Origin: Bacteroidales bacterium
GTDB lineage: Bacteria; Bacteroidota; Bacteroidia; Bacteroidales; ML635J-15
Direction: 5' to 3'
NCBI GenBank assembly: GCA_017551515.1
Contig: JAFZLK010000038.1
Coordinates: 16,064-80,063, forward strand
DNA length: 64,000 bases
Every line of letters starts with the position of its first letter. The stretch's first letter is position 1. The notes below the pieces were generated by a model. It did not search any database. It was given only the letters and a program-made list of their open reading frames with translations, and had not been told where the DNA came from. The position numbers were made by a program, and so were the translations under genes. Shown in pieces: positions 1 to 10,300 of this stretch.

Positions 1-1
1 T

Positions 2-1258
2 CAGGTTGCCAACTACGAGGAACTATATGGTCGAAACGAAGCAGAACCTACCCCCGGCAAACGATTTGCAGGTGTTATGAAACGTGCTTACGAACAGACA
101 GGACTAAAGTGCGTGGTAATACTTGACGAGTACGATGCCCCCCTACTCGATGTGCTTGACGAGCCCGAAAAACTTGCCGAAGTTCGCAAGATTATGCAGG
201 AATTCTACCAACCATTGAAGGCTTGCGAAACATACGAGCATTTCGTTTTCATCACAGGCATAACGAAATTTTCGCAACTTTCCATATTATCTACGCTCAA
301 TAACATCACAAACATAACAATGTTGCCACAGTATTCCGCCATCTGTGGAATTACGGTTGATGAGGCGCTGGACGTGTTCAAGTCCGACATACAAGTGCTT
401 GCAGAAACCTACAAGTGTTCGGAAGATGAAATGGTTGAGAAATTGAAGGCAATGTACGACGGATACAAATTTTCAAAAAATTCTCCTGATATTTTCAACC
501 CTTTCAGTTTGACAATGGCGTTGAAGAATAGAATGCTTGATTCATACTGGTTTGGAAGCGGCACCCCGACTTACCTTTTCACACAGATGAAACGGTTAGG
601 CACCGATGTGCTTTCATTGGAAAATACTACTGCTTCGGCATCAGAATTTGATGCTCCGACAGAAAATATGGAAACTGTACTGCCCCTGCTCTACCAATCG
701 GGATATTTGACAATCAAAGACTACGACTTCAACACAAACCAGTATGTCCTTGACTTTCCCAATGCAGAGGTTCGCGTTGGATTCATGCGTAACCTTTTGC
801 CTGTAGTTGCCCAAAAAGCAAGTACCTTGATGGCAACCAATACCGTAGCAAACATATACACTTCTTTGCAAAAAGAGGACATTGATTCTGCATTGCAATA
901 TATGAAGGCATTCCTTGCATCCGTTCCATACCTTGAACACGGCAATTCACAACTTGGTAACCTTACAACGCTCGAAGCATTCTATGAGACAATAGTGTAT
1001 GTAATTTTCAGCTTGATGAACACTTATGTGCGTACTCAGGTAAAGTCGGCAAATGGTCGCTCCGATATTGTAATGTTTGTGAAGGATACGGTTTATGTCT
1101 TTGAACTGAAGATAAATGGTACTGCTCATGAAGCCCTCGACCAGATAAACAGCAAAGGCTATATGATACCTTACGAAGCAAGCAAGAAAAAAGTTGTCAA
1201 GGTCGGCGTGGCTTTCTCGAAGGAAACAAGAACCATCAAGGACTGGGTGGTGGAATAA
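2..1258 (+). CDS. AAA-ATPase-like protein with C-terminal PD-(D/E)XK nuclease-like domain (5' end lies outside the window)
   Basis: The reading frame is open from base 2, with no stop before the ATG at 77, so the window edge truncates the gene. VVILDEYDAPL is Walker-B-like. The C-terminal RSDIVMF...VYVFELK is a D..ExK pattern. Both resemble the multi-copy Bacteroidales AAA-ATPase_like/DUF1703 family. Confidence 0.7.
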   Translation, partial: QVANYEELYGRNEAEPTPGKRFAGVMKRAYEQTGLKCVVILDEYDAPLLDVLDEPEKLAEVRKIMQEFYQPLKACETYEHFVFITGITKFSQLSILSTLNNITNITMLPQYSAICGITVDEALDVFKSDIQVLAETYKCSEDEMVEKLKAMYDGYKFSKNSPDIFNPFSLTMALKNRMLDSYWFGSGTPTYLFTQMKRLGTDVLSLENTTASASEFDAPTENMETVLPLLYQSGYLTIKDYDFNTNQYVLDFPNAEVRVGFMRNLLPVVAQKASTLMATNTVANIYTSLQKEDIDSALQYMKAFLASVPYLEHGNSQLGNLTTLEAFYETIVYVIFSLMNTYVRTQVKSANGRSDIVMFVKDTVYVFELKINGTAHEALDQINSKGYMIPYEASKKKVVKVGVAFSKETRTIKDWVVE

Positions 1259-1286
1259 AAAAAAGAGGTTCCCTTACGGAAACCCC
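1257..1286 (-). terminator. Rho-independent terminator downstream of pgk
   Basis: The minus sense reads GGGGTTTCCGTAAGGGAACCTC followed by TTTTTTTT. The stem is 6 bp with one bulge. Confidence 0.5.
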
Positions 1287-1306
1287 TATATTTTCTTGAT
1301 CAATAA

Positions 1307-3223
1307 CTAAATCTCATCTGTCGATATTGCCTTCAATCCTGGCAACTCCTTGCCTTCTATGTACTCGAGCAAAGCACCACCTGCTGTAGAAGCATAGCTG
1401 ATTTTTTCGCTGAGGTTGAACTTGTTGAGTGCTGCAATACTATCGCCTCCTCCGACGAGTGTAAACGCTCCAAGTTCGGTAGCACGGCAAACTGCCAAGG
1501 CAACCTTCATAGTACCATTGCTGAAGTGTTCCATCTCGAACACACCCATAGGACCGTTCCAAAGTATGGTCTTGGAATTTTCAATAACCTCAGTGTAACG
1601 CTGGATGGTCTTAACGCCCATATCCATGCCTTCCCAGCCATCGGGAACATTGCGAACATCGGCCATGTGAATGTTGGCTTCGTTGTCGAACTTGTCACCT
1701 ATCATGCAGTCAACCGGCAGATAGAGATTTACATTCAACTTCTTGGCCATGTCAAGGATTTCGTTCGCTATAGGAATGCAATCGTCCTCAGCCAACGAAC
1801 GACCAATGTTTCCGCCCATAGCCTTAATAAAGGTATAGGAAATTCCACCACCTACAATAAGGTTGTCTACCTTTGTAATCAATGACTTGATAATGTCAAT
1901 CTTGGTCGAAATCTTTGAACCGCCAACAATTGCCGTAACAGGTTTTTCACCAGTGGTAAGCACCTTGTTGATATTGTTTACTTCGTTTTCCACCAAGTAG
2001 CCGAGCATCTTGTCTTTCGGGAAATATTTTGCAACGTAATACGTTGATGCATGAGCGCGGTGAGCAGTGCCAAAGGCATCGTTTACATAGCAGTCGCCAT
2101 ACGATGCGAGAGTCTTTACAAACTCCTTCTGCGATTCCTTTACAGCGGCTTTTGCTGCCTTCTTTTCCTCGTCGGTAGCATCGTCAGCCAATCCTCGTGG
2201 CTTGCCTTCTTCTTCTGCGTAAAAGCGAAGATTTTCGAGCAAAAGAACTTCACCCGACTTCAATGCAGCAGCCTGAGCCTGTGCTTTCTGGCAGTCGTCG
2301 GCAAAATGTACGGGAACACCGAGACATTCACTTACGTGCTTTACGATATGCTTAAGCGAGAACTTGTTGTCCACCTTCTTCGGACGACCAAGATGCGACA
2401 TAAGAATAACAGCACCACCATCCTTCAAAATCTTCTTGATTGTCGGAACTTCGCAGACAATACGAGTATCGTCGGTAATGTTGAAGTTCTCGTCCAGCGG
2501 AACATTGAAATCAACACGGAGCAAAACTTTCTTACCGTTGAAATTGTACTTGTCGATAGTGTAGCCGTCCTTCGGTGCCTCATCGGTGTGTACAACTTTG
2601 CGTTCAGCCTTTTCGACAAGCTTTCCACCTTCGAGGAAGAACATTCCACCTTCGAGACCATAGCGCAAGATAGCGGCCTTGGTATCGTCACCATCAACAA
2701 CGGTTCTAAGTCCGTTTGCAGTGCCACGAGCGGCAGCAAGAGCGGTCTTGTAGGTTCCGTATGCGAAATGTGGCATTTCGGTGTGACCTAAAGTTCCGTT
2801 CCAGATGAAAGTCTTTGCGCCTTCTATTTTCTCGGCAAAAATGTCAACGGTCTTTACGCCGATGTCCATAATGAAACGACCGTTGGGAATCTCGTTGAGC
2901 GCTACATGCTCGATGTTGGAATCATTGGCTTCCTTATCGGCAACATAGCAATCGACAGGCATACATATTTTGCCGGCATACTTTGCAAGGATGTCCTTAG
3001 CCTTTGCAACGCAACCGTCGCAGACCTTGGAATTGCCAACATTCATATCATTTGCCTTTGCAAATGGGGCGATCAAAGCGCCACCGACGAGAATAGCATC
3101 AACTTTTTCTGCAATCCCTTCAATTGCCTCAAGCTGTTCCTTTATCTTATCACCGCCAAGCAAAACGGTAATCGGATGCTCAGCATTCTGCAGCATCATT
3201 TTCAAATTATCATGTTTATCCAT
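1307..3223 (-). CDS. pgk: Phosphoglycerate kinase with an extra ~210-aa N-terminal degenerate copy of the PGK C-terminal domain
   Basis: The C-terminal ~420 aa is canonical PGK: [52 protein letters not shown]. The N-terminal ~210 aa aligns to the PGK C-domain: [37 protein letters not shown]. The start codon at 3223 is ATG. Confidence 0.9.
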   Translation of the reverse strand: MDKHDNLKMMLQNAEHPITVLLGGDKIKEQLEAIEGIAEKVDAILVGGALIAPFAKANDMNVGNSKVCDGCVAKAKDILAKYAGKICMPVDCYVADKEANDSNIEHVALNEIPNGRFIMDIGVKTVDIFAEKIEGAKTFIWNGTLGHTEMPHFAYGTYKTALAAARGTANGLRTVVDGDDTKAAILRYGLEGGMFFLEGGKLVEKAERKVVHTDEAPKDGYTIDKYNFNGKKVLLRVDFNVPLDENFNITDDTRIVCEVPTIKKILKDGGAVILMSHLGRPKKVDNKFSLKHIVKHVSECLGVPVHFADDCQKAQAQAAALKSGEVLLLENLRFYAEEEGKPRGLADDATDEEKKAAKAAVKESQKEFVKTLASYGDCYVNDAFGTAHRAHASTYYVAKYFPKDKMLGYLVENEVNNINKVLTTGEKPVTAIVGGSKISTKIDIIKSLITKVDNLIVGGGISYTFIKAMGGNIGRSLAEDDCIPIANEILDMAKKLNVNLYLPVDCMIGDKFDNEANIHMADVRNVPDGWEGMDMGVKTIQRYTEVIENSKTILWNGPMGVFEMEHFSNGTMKVALAVCRATELGAFTLVGGGDSIAALNKFNLSEKISYASTAGGALLEYIEGKELPGLKAISTDEI

Positions 3224-3251
3224 AATTTATTTTTTAGTTAAAAGACCTTTA

Positions 3252-3259
3252 CAAACATA
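3252..3259 (-). promoter_or_regulatory. Bacteroidota -7 box (TAnnTTTG) for pgk
   Basis: The plus strand reads CAAACATA, which is TATGTTTG on the minus strand. It lies 29-36 nt upstream of the ATG. Confidence 0.4.
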
Positions 3260-3488
3260 ATGAAAAAAGAGGAGATTTGTTCACATTTTGGCAAAGAAAT
3301 TTAAATTTATATTTTCTATCCGATAACTTACTAATTATCAATACCATAAACTAATATTATTATCCACTATATTTTGCATTGTCACAGTTTTTGCAATTTT
3401 TTAGGCAAAAACATGCGCCAATGCTTTATAATCAATGCATTATATCTACATTTATGTAACCTCTCCGAGGTTATCTCAACTAAACCGA

Positions 3489-3592
3489 GGCTGTCCAAAA
3501 AGTCTTTTTGTCGTTTCTTTATTCGGATACCTAATGGAAGGAATCTGCAAATATTGAAATCTCAGAGGGCTAATTTTGCTTTTTAGACAGCC
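3489..3592. repeat. ~100-bp element with 14-bp terminal inverted repeats, copy A (MITE-like or structured RNA)
   Basis: The ends are GGCTGTCCAAAAAG ... CTTTTTAGACAGCC, with one mismatch. The internal ATATTGAAAT motif and the arm-adjacent TC.TTTTTG are shared with copy B in reverse orientation. Confidence 0.6.
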
Positions 3593-3779
3593 ACTTGTAG
3601 CTTCATCGGGAATGAAATTCCCTCATTCCATCAAGATGCAATTGTATTCCATTGAATTTGAATCTGATATTGACGACTCAAACGCCCAAAAACAATGTGT
3701 AAACAACAAAAAATGCACATCTTTGAATTCTTTTCTCAAAAATCAATAGTTAACACATATTTTTAGAAGCTGAAAGCCA

Positions 3780-3803
3780 CCTGCACTAAAAGTGCAGGGT
3801 TTT
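3780..3803 (+). terminator. Orphan plus-strand hairpin terminator in the pgk-gcvH intergenic region
   Basis: CCTGCACT aaa AGTGCAGG is a perfect 8-bp stem followed by GTTTT. No annotated plus-strand gene lies upstream. Confidence 0.45.
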
Positions 3804-3858
3804 AACCGTGAAATTGGATAATAAAAAAAACTGCTTAGGAACATAATATTTTAGTCAC

Positions 3859-3885
3859 AAAAAAAGCCGCATCTTCCGATACGGC
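3859..3885 (-). terminator. Weak terminator downstream of gcvH
   Basis: The minus sense shows GCCG...CGGC, only a 4-bp stem, followed by TTTTTTT. Confidence 0.3.
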
Positions 3886-3908
3886 CTTATTGAATTCAAT
3901 ATGAATTA

Positions 3909-4289
3909 TTATTTCTTTGTCAATGCTTCGTATGCAGCTGCATCGAGAAGTGAGTTTGCCTGTGACGGATCGGTCATTCTAATCTTAATCAACCAACCAT
4001 TTTCGTAAGCATCGTCCTTCAACATTTCAGGATTGTCGAGAGCGTCCTGATTTACTTCGAGAACTTCACCAGATACTGGCATATAAACCTTTGATGCAAC
4101 CTTTGATGCTTCGATAACACCAAATTCTTCTCCCTTTTCAAGAGTTTCACCTTCAACCTCAATTTCAATATAAATAAGGTCGTTCAATTCTGATACTGCG
4201 AAATCGGTAATACCAATGTATGCTTCTTCGCCGTTAACGCGCAACCATTCGTGTGATTCTGCGTACTTTAATTCTTTTGGAAATGCCAT
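3909..4289 (-). CDS. gcvH: Glycine cleavage system H protein
   Basis: 126 aa. Contains ESHEWLRV, GITDFAVSELNDLIYIE, IEASKVASKVYMPVSGEV (lipoyl-lysine region) and GWLIKI. Confidence 0.9.
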   Translation of the reverse strand: MAFPKELKYAESHEWLRVNGEEAYIGITDFAVSELNDLIYIEIEVEGETLEKGEEFGVIEASKVASKVYMPVSGEVLEVNQDALDNPEMLKDDAYENGWLIKIRMTDPSQANSLLDAAAYEALTKK

Positions 4290-4346
4290 TTTTATTTATT
4301 TTTAATGTTAATACAAAATTTATTCGCCAAAAATAATACTTATTTA

Positions 4347-7300
4347 TCAAGTAGCAAGTGTAAATCTCATCATTATGCCAACTTTCGCATTAACAGTCTT
4401 GAATGATGTACCAACAATCGGATTATTAATGCTTTGGTCGTAGAACAGACTTACATTGAACCTATTGCTAAGCACATAGTCAGCCGACAACTTGAATGTG
4501 TATTGTATATTGCCCGATGTTGGCTGGTCCTGAGCCTCCTCAAGCTTACGAATCATTGTAATCTGTTTGCGGGCCGAGAAATCGAAACGCAGGTTCAGGT
4601 CGCTCTTGAGGTCGCGTTTTCTACCGCCTACGCTTATTGTAAGCGCAACATCCTTGAAACGATAGCCTGCACCTATTATAAGTTCATTGTTCTTTACTTC
4701 GGTAAGCTGGTTGTTGGAGAAACTCATTGTAAGATTACGTGTTTTCTTCACCTCGACCTTTATTGACATACTGTTCACAAGCATCATGTCGAACGAAATG
4801 AGCGGGCTCAACTGCTCACTGATGCTAATGCCGTTGATTACATAACGAGAATAGAAGTTATTGAGCTGGTCGCGAATCTGGTTGAGACCGCTCTCGTCCG
4901 GATCGTATTCGTTAGCCAAACGTGTCTGGAACGAACCTATATTGTAGGTGGAACGGTAGGAATGCTTGAGGCTAACTGAGCGGAAAACCTTCTTGAGTTT
5001 CGGAATCTTGCTTAGACCGTCGTAAACGACCTGCCAGTTTGGAAGAGCCGACCACAATCCAGGAATTGTACCTAATTTGACCTTGTTCGGGTCTTGACCT
5101 GTGTATGCTGCAAAGAACGCAGGAATAAGCACATCCTGCGAAGTTCGCCCGAAACCGCTTGGGAATCCATCTTCATCAAGATCTGATGCATTGTAGTCGG
5201 AACGTTCCTTTGCCAAACGCTCGGCGATTATTATTCTATTTTCGGAAAACTGACTAAATGTTTCCGACACATAATTCTCGGACTTGAACTTCTCGAAAGC
5301 CGACTTTATCGTTATTGTTGACATTGAGAATGTACCTGTCATTGATGGATTAAGACCGCGGAACTCACCTACGCCAGTAGCCGGATCGACCATATAACGA
5401 TAATATTTGGTCTGGTTTTCGGAATAGTTGTGCAGCATCGACAAGTCAATCTTAAGGTCGCGAACCGGTTCAAGAGAAGCTCTGAAATTCCAGTTGCGCG
5501 AATGCGTCTGCGTATATGCCTGAATCGAAGATGTATCCTTGGTAACCAAGTTGTGTTCGCAAGCCCATTCTCCGAAATTATTCACCTGCCAGCCAATGAC
5601 AAACGGGAAAGTGGGCGCAATAACCGACGGCTGAACACCAAACATTTCCTCATCTGGAGTGTATTTCGACATACCTATCAACTTTGTCTTGCCCATATAT
5701 CCTGGCAATAAGGTTCCGTTTGTCTCGCTAACATTTGCCGAAACGTTCTTGACACTCATCAGCACGACAAGTATATTGTCGAAAATTTTCTTTGCCACCG
5801 AATCCTTCTTGTCACGCTTACCCGTAACTTTCACCTTTACATTCTCTACATCCTTCTCCACGGTAAACGAAAGTTTATTGTCGTCAATTACCTGCATATC
5901 TGCATTTATCGGACGACCTTTGTCGTCAGTAACCTTAATGGTGACATTCTTAGTCTTGAGCTTGTGGTTTATGACCTTCTTCTTACCCGCCGACAACTTG
6001 TTAATATCCTCGTCATAGGTTACAGTTTCTGTTTCCTTCTTCTTTGACGATGCCCTACCACGATACTTATTGTTTACATCTTTCAGGTACTTGACCTTAT
6101 TGTACAAGTTGAGCAAATTGAACTGAGTGTTTGCCGACATTGTATTGGAGTTCTGCACGACATTACCAATGTTAAGCGTATCGGCGGTAATCGCACCTGC
6201 TGTCCAGTTGTACGAACCTTGATACCTTACACTTGCCGAAATCCAGTCGAAAATCGGAATCTTGTTGATTGGCAAAGTATATGATGCACTCCACTGCTGA
6301 TAGAAACTTGTATTACGTCCGAAAGTCTTGAAATTCTTCCAGATAGAATCCATCTTCTGCTCATAATCGGGATCACCTTTGAACAAACGACCTTCAGGCT
6401 CATCGATACGGGCATTGTTGGTAGCCGTATATTCGAATTTCAAATTCTTCGAGAAGTTGTATTTCAAATCGTACTGTCTTATTATTGTGAAATCCTTTAT
6501 CACACTAATTGGCAGAGTATATGACGGGTCATAGACATTTCGTATCTGGGTTTCACCATACTGTCTGTTAAGGTTGGTTCGGAACGAAATCTGCGAAGGC
6601 ACATAATAGAAATTGAAATCCTTGATAATCTTGAATGCCTTCTTATTAAACAATTTCACATTCTTAAACGGCTCAACAACCTTTGGAGTTGCATTGTAAT
6701 TGTAGAATATAGATGCAGTATGTGTTATATTTGTACGGAAAATGGTATTGGGGTCGCGCTGGAATACGTTGTTGTATCCATAACTCAACGACCAGTTGGA
6801 AAGATTATACACATGAGGCTTCTGTCCCTGCTTTCCGTTAACTTTCACATTGGTAAGATTAACGCTTGTTCGCTTCACATAATCCTGTGACAAATGCTTG
6901 ATGCTATCCTTGTACTCCTTGGGCAAATCTGGATTTTTCAGCGTGTTCTTCAATAGAACATCGGGACTTAACGGGTCGTATTCCGGATTAGAAACATTTT
7001 CAGACACAGCCACATACAAAGGAATCCTAACATTGAACCTTTCGGGGAAGAACTTTCCGAACTCAAAACTTGATGAAAAATCGTACTGGTTGATTTCCTC
7101 AGTAAGACGTTCCTTGATTGTAGAGTTCAATGCACCGAAACCCGGTTTCTTTGTGGTTCCCGAAAGTGTCACAGTTCCGAAATCAGCGAGTTTAGCCGTG
7201 GCGCGTGCTGTTGCCGCCCAGCCAGCCTTTTCGTTGAAATTGGTAAGGCGCAATTCGTTAACCCAAATTTCTGCACTCTTCGGCAAACCATCGTCGCTTC

Positions 7301-10300
7301 CATTAAGGCTGACCTGCTTGGGATTACGCACACCTATCATGATTGTCTGCACATTGGATAGATTTGGATTACCCATGACGCTTATCTTTCCCCTGTCGTT
7401 CATCTCATAATAAAGTTTCGTAAGCCCTACATTCTGGTTTCCTTGACGAATAAGTTCATTTCTATTTTCCTTGACTGTCGTCAACTCCTCGAACACAATA
7501 TTAATATCGTTTTCTTCTGGCCATACCAAATATCTATCAGGAGATTCTACATCATCGCCTGAATAATATCCTTCGGGAGTAACCTTCAGTGGAACTTCGA
7601 ACTCGTAGTAATTGTTCTTGTAGTCGGTACCAAGGCGTACGAAAACGCTTACATCGCCGTCCTTTATTTCATCCTTGCCGACAACCGATTCAGCATGGAC
7701 GAACATCTGCATACGCAAGTATTTCCTTACATCAAGGTAAACATTCTTGTAAACCGCTCGTGCATCGCCATCGGCCAAGTCGAGCACCTTTATCGTCATT
7801 GCCTGCTCGTTGAGCTGTTGCAACTGCGGATTCATTGTATTCTGCTCGCGCGTAACTCCCGGAGGCAGCACATAGTTGACAGGACGACGGCTTGCATTTT
7901 CTTCTATATTAACGGCCGACACATCGAACGAAGTGTTTTCCAACTCGTTGACAACATATTCGCCAGGCTGCATGAACGAATCATCGTATTTTCTCCATTC
8001 ACCACGCACCAAATCCAAAGTACCGAAACGCAAGCAGGTTGTCGTATCGAAATTGGTCATGAACATTCGCATGAAGCGAATCGATTTGAAATCGGATATT
8101 GAACCAACCCTCTTCGAGTATTCGGAAATAGGAATTTTGAACTGATACCATGTAACCTGCGAACTTTCATCATTTGCAAGGGTAACAGATACTGTTGTCT
8201 TGTCGGCGATAAAGTTCTGTCCTACCACCAAATCCTGCGGACGAATACTTACTCGGTACTGGAAGAAATTTTCAGACTCGCTAAGAGTATTATCCCTGTT
8301 TATGTCCTCCACATCTGGAGTTGTTGTTGCATTTGTTATATAAGTTTCAGTCTGGTACTCACGCGGAATTGAGTTTCCTTCCAAACTGTTAAAATACTTG
8401 TACCTCTGAAGAATGTTAAGTCCCTGCTCGTCGTAGTCGGAACCTTTGTAATGATGAAAGTTATCCGAGGACGGGTCTGCAAGTGCCATCTGATAAGCCT
8501 CGGAGCTTTCGCCAAACATATTCCTAACCTGCTCCAGATATTCGCTGAAGAAAGTAACCTCGTTTTCGGAGCTAAGTCCATCGAGACCAACATCCTGAGC
8601 GAATCGAATTTCGGCATCGTTGTCGAATGCACTCACAAGAGCCTGAGAACTTGGCACAAGACCCCAGACTGTTGTATCCACAGGATTCTGAAGCGACGGA
8701 GCTGGAAGTCCCTGTTCAAAAGATTTTCGTCCATCCTTCAATATATCCTCGCTGACATCGCCAAGGTTGAAATACAAGTCACCACCTGAGTTCAACGAAT
8801 CCTCGACAAATGGATCCATCATCCAGAACTCAATATATTCGATATTTGCATCCTCGAAGTCGGTAGTAGTCAACTGACGCTGAATACCGCCCCAACGCTT
8901 GCGCGGATTTTCGAGCAAACCGAGAGAGTTCATTCCTGCGACATCGTAGTTGTACGGACCTTTTTCATTCGGATAGAACACTACATTCAACGGAGCAATA
9001 TTCTTTTCTAGGTTTGCACTTTCGCTTTCGCGGTTGGGGAAAAGTTCCTTTTCGTAAACCAGCCTGGTATAATGGCTAGACCTATCTTCGATACTTATTG
9101 GCGAAGAACTTTCGTGCAATGTCTGGTCAACTACGAACCATGACAACCGCGCCCTATTCTTGCCATAGTCAAGATCATTTATCTTGGAACTCTCGGGGAA
9201 AAGCACAGAATCGTTTGGTGTACTTGCAATCGACCAACTTACATAACTCTTTATGTCATTTGTTATCTTGGAACTTTCAAAGTCGTCGATATACGCTGCA
9301 CCTTCTTTGCCTATCACTTTTGAATGACCTGGGATTAATTGAGCAAACTCGGCATTGAAAGTCACAGTTGACATCTCCTTTGTCTGCAAAAGCGGCAAAA
9401 AGTCGATTGCCTTGGTCAAAAACGGCACATCTGTACGGTACGACAAGTTTGCGCCCCAGATTGTATTCGACAAAGGTTCTTCCCCGATATTAACTTTGGG
9501 AGTCATTGGCTTTTCCTTCAGATGAAGTATTGTAGCACCTACATTGAAATTATTGGAAAAATCGTAGTTAGCGTGCAAACCTGTAAGGACTTTCGTCTGC
9601 ATAGTACCCACGGAATTGCTCTCAAGGTTAATCGAAATTGGAGTTCCTGCCTCCAAAATTCCCTGATTCAATATTTTAACCCTACCAAGATTATAATCAA
9701 CAGTATAATCGACATTTTCTACAAGCAAAGCAGAACCTGCTGTTACAGAAACGCTTCCCTGCGGAACATTTATTGCATTGAGTGATATTTCGCTACTGCT
9801 TGTTGACTTATAACGACCCTTCAGTTTGAACTTGTTCTTTTCCGCCAACTGCTGAGCCTTGCTCTTAGTGCTGTCATACAATTCGGGGAACACATATCCC
9901 GAGGCTACATTTGCAAGAGAACTGTTTCCTCCAGTAATTTTTTCGTACAGATACGAGCCAAAAGGTTCTCGCACGGGAAATATGATTCTTCCTCCCGACG
10001 AGCTGATTGTGAAATTTTCAACGTAGTCGAACATTCCATCGGGATAAGGATCGTTCTGCGTATTCAAGTTATCAAGACCCAAAACTCTCAACAACTGTAT
10101 ATTGTCGATTGCACCAGCAGGAATGTAAGTGAGGTCGGTTCCAGTTTTGTCGTTGGTATAAAGAATATCAAGAGTGAAGTCATCGCGAGTAATCTGGTAT
10201 GCGCCAATGTTGTATATGTTCTTCATCATGAGATCCCAGTTTTTCTTGCTTGGAGTAAACGAAGAACCTTTAATTAACTTGACTACCAATGTTTGAGGTG

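Noticed and set aside
3374-3586. A 70-aa TTG-start ORF in the pgk-gcvH gap.
   Set aside because: It starts at TTG, runs through inverted-repeat element copy A, and has an implausible sequence (…CRFFIRIPNGRNLQILKSQRANFAF). It is better explained as a chance ORF over a repeat.
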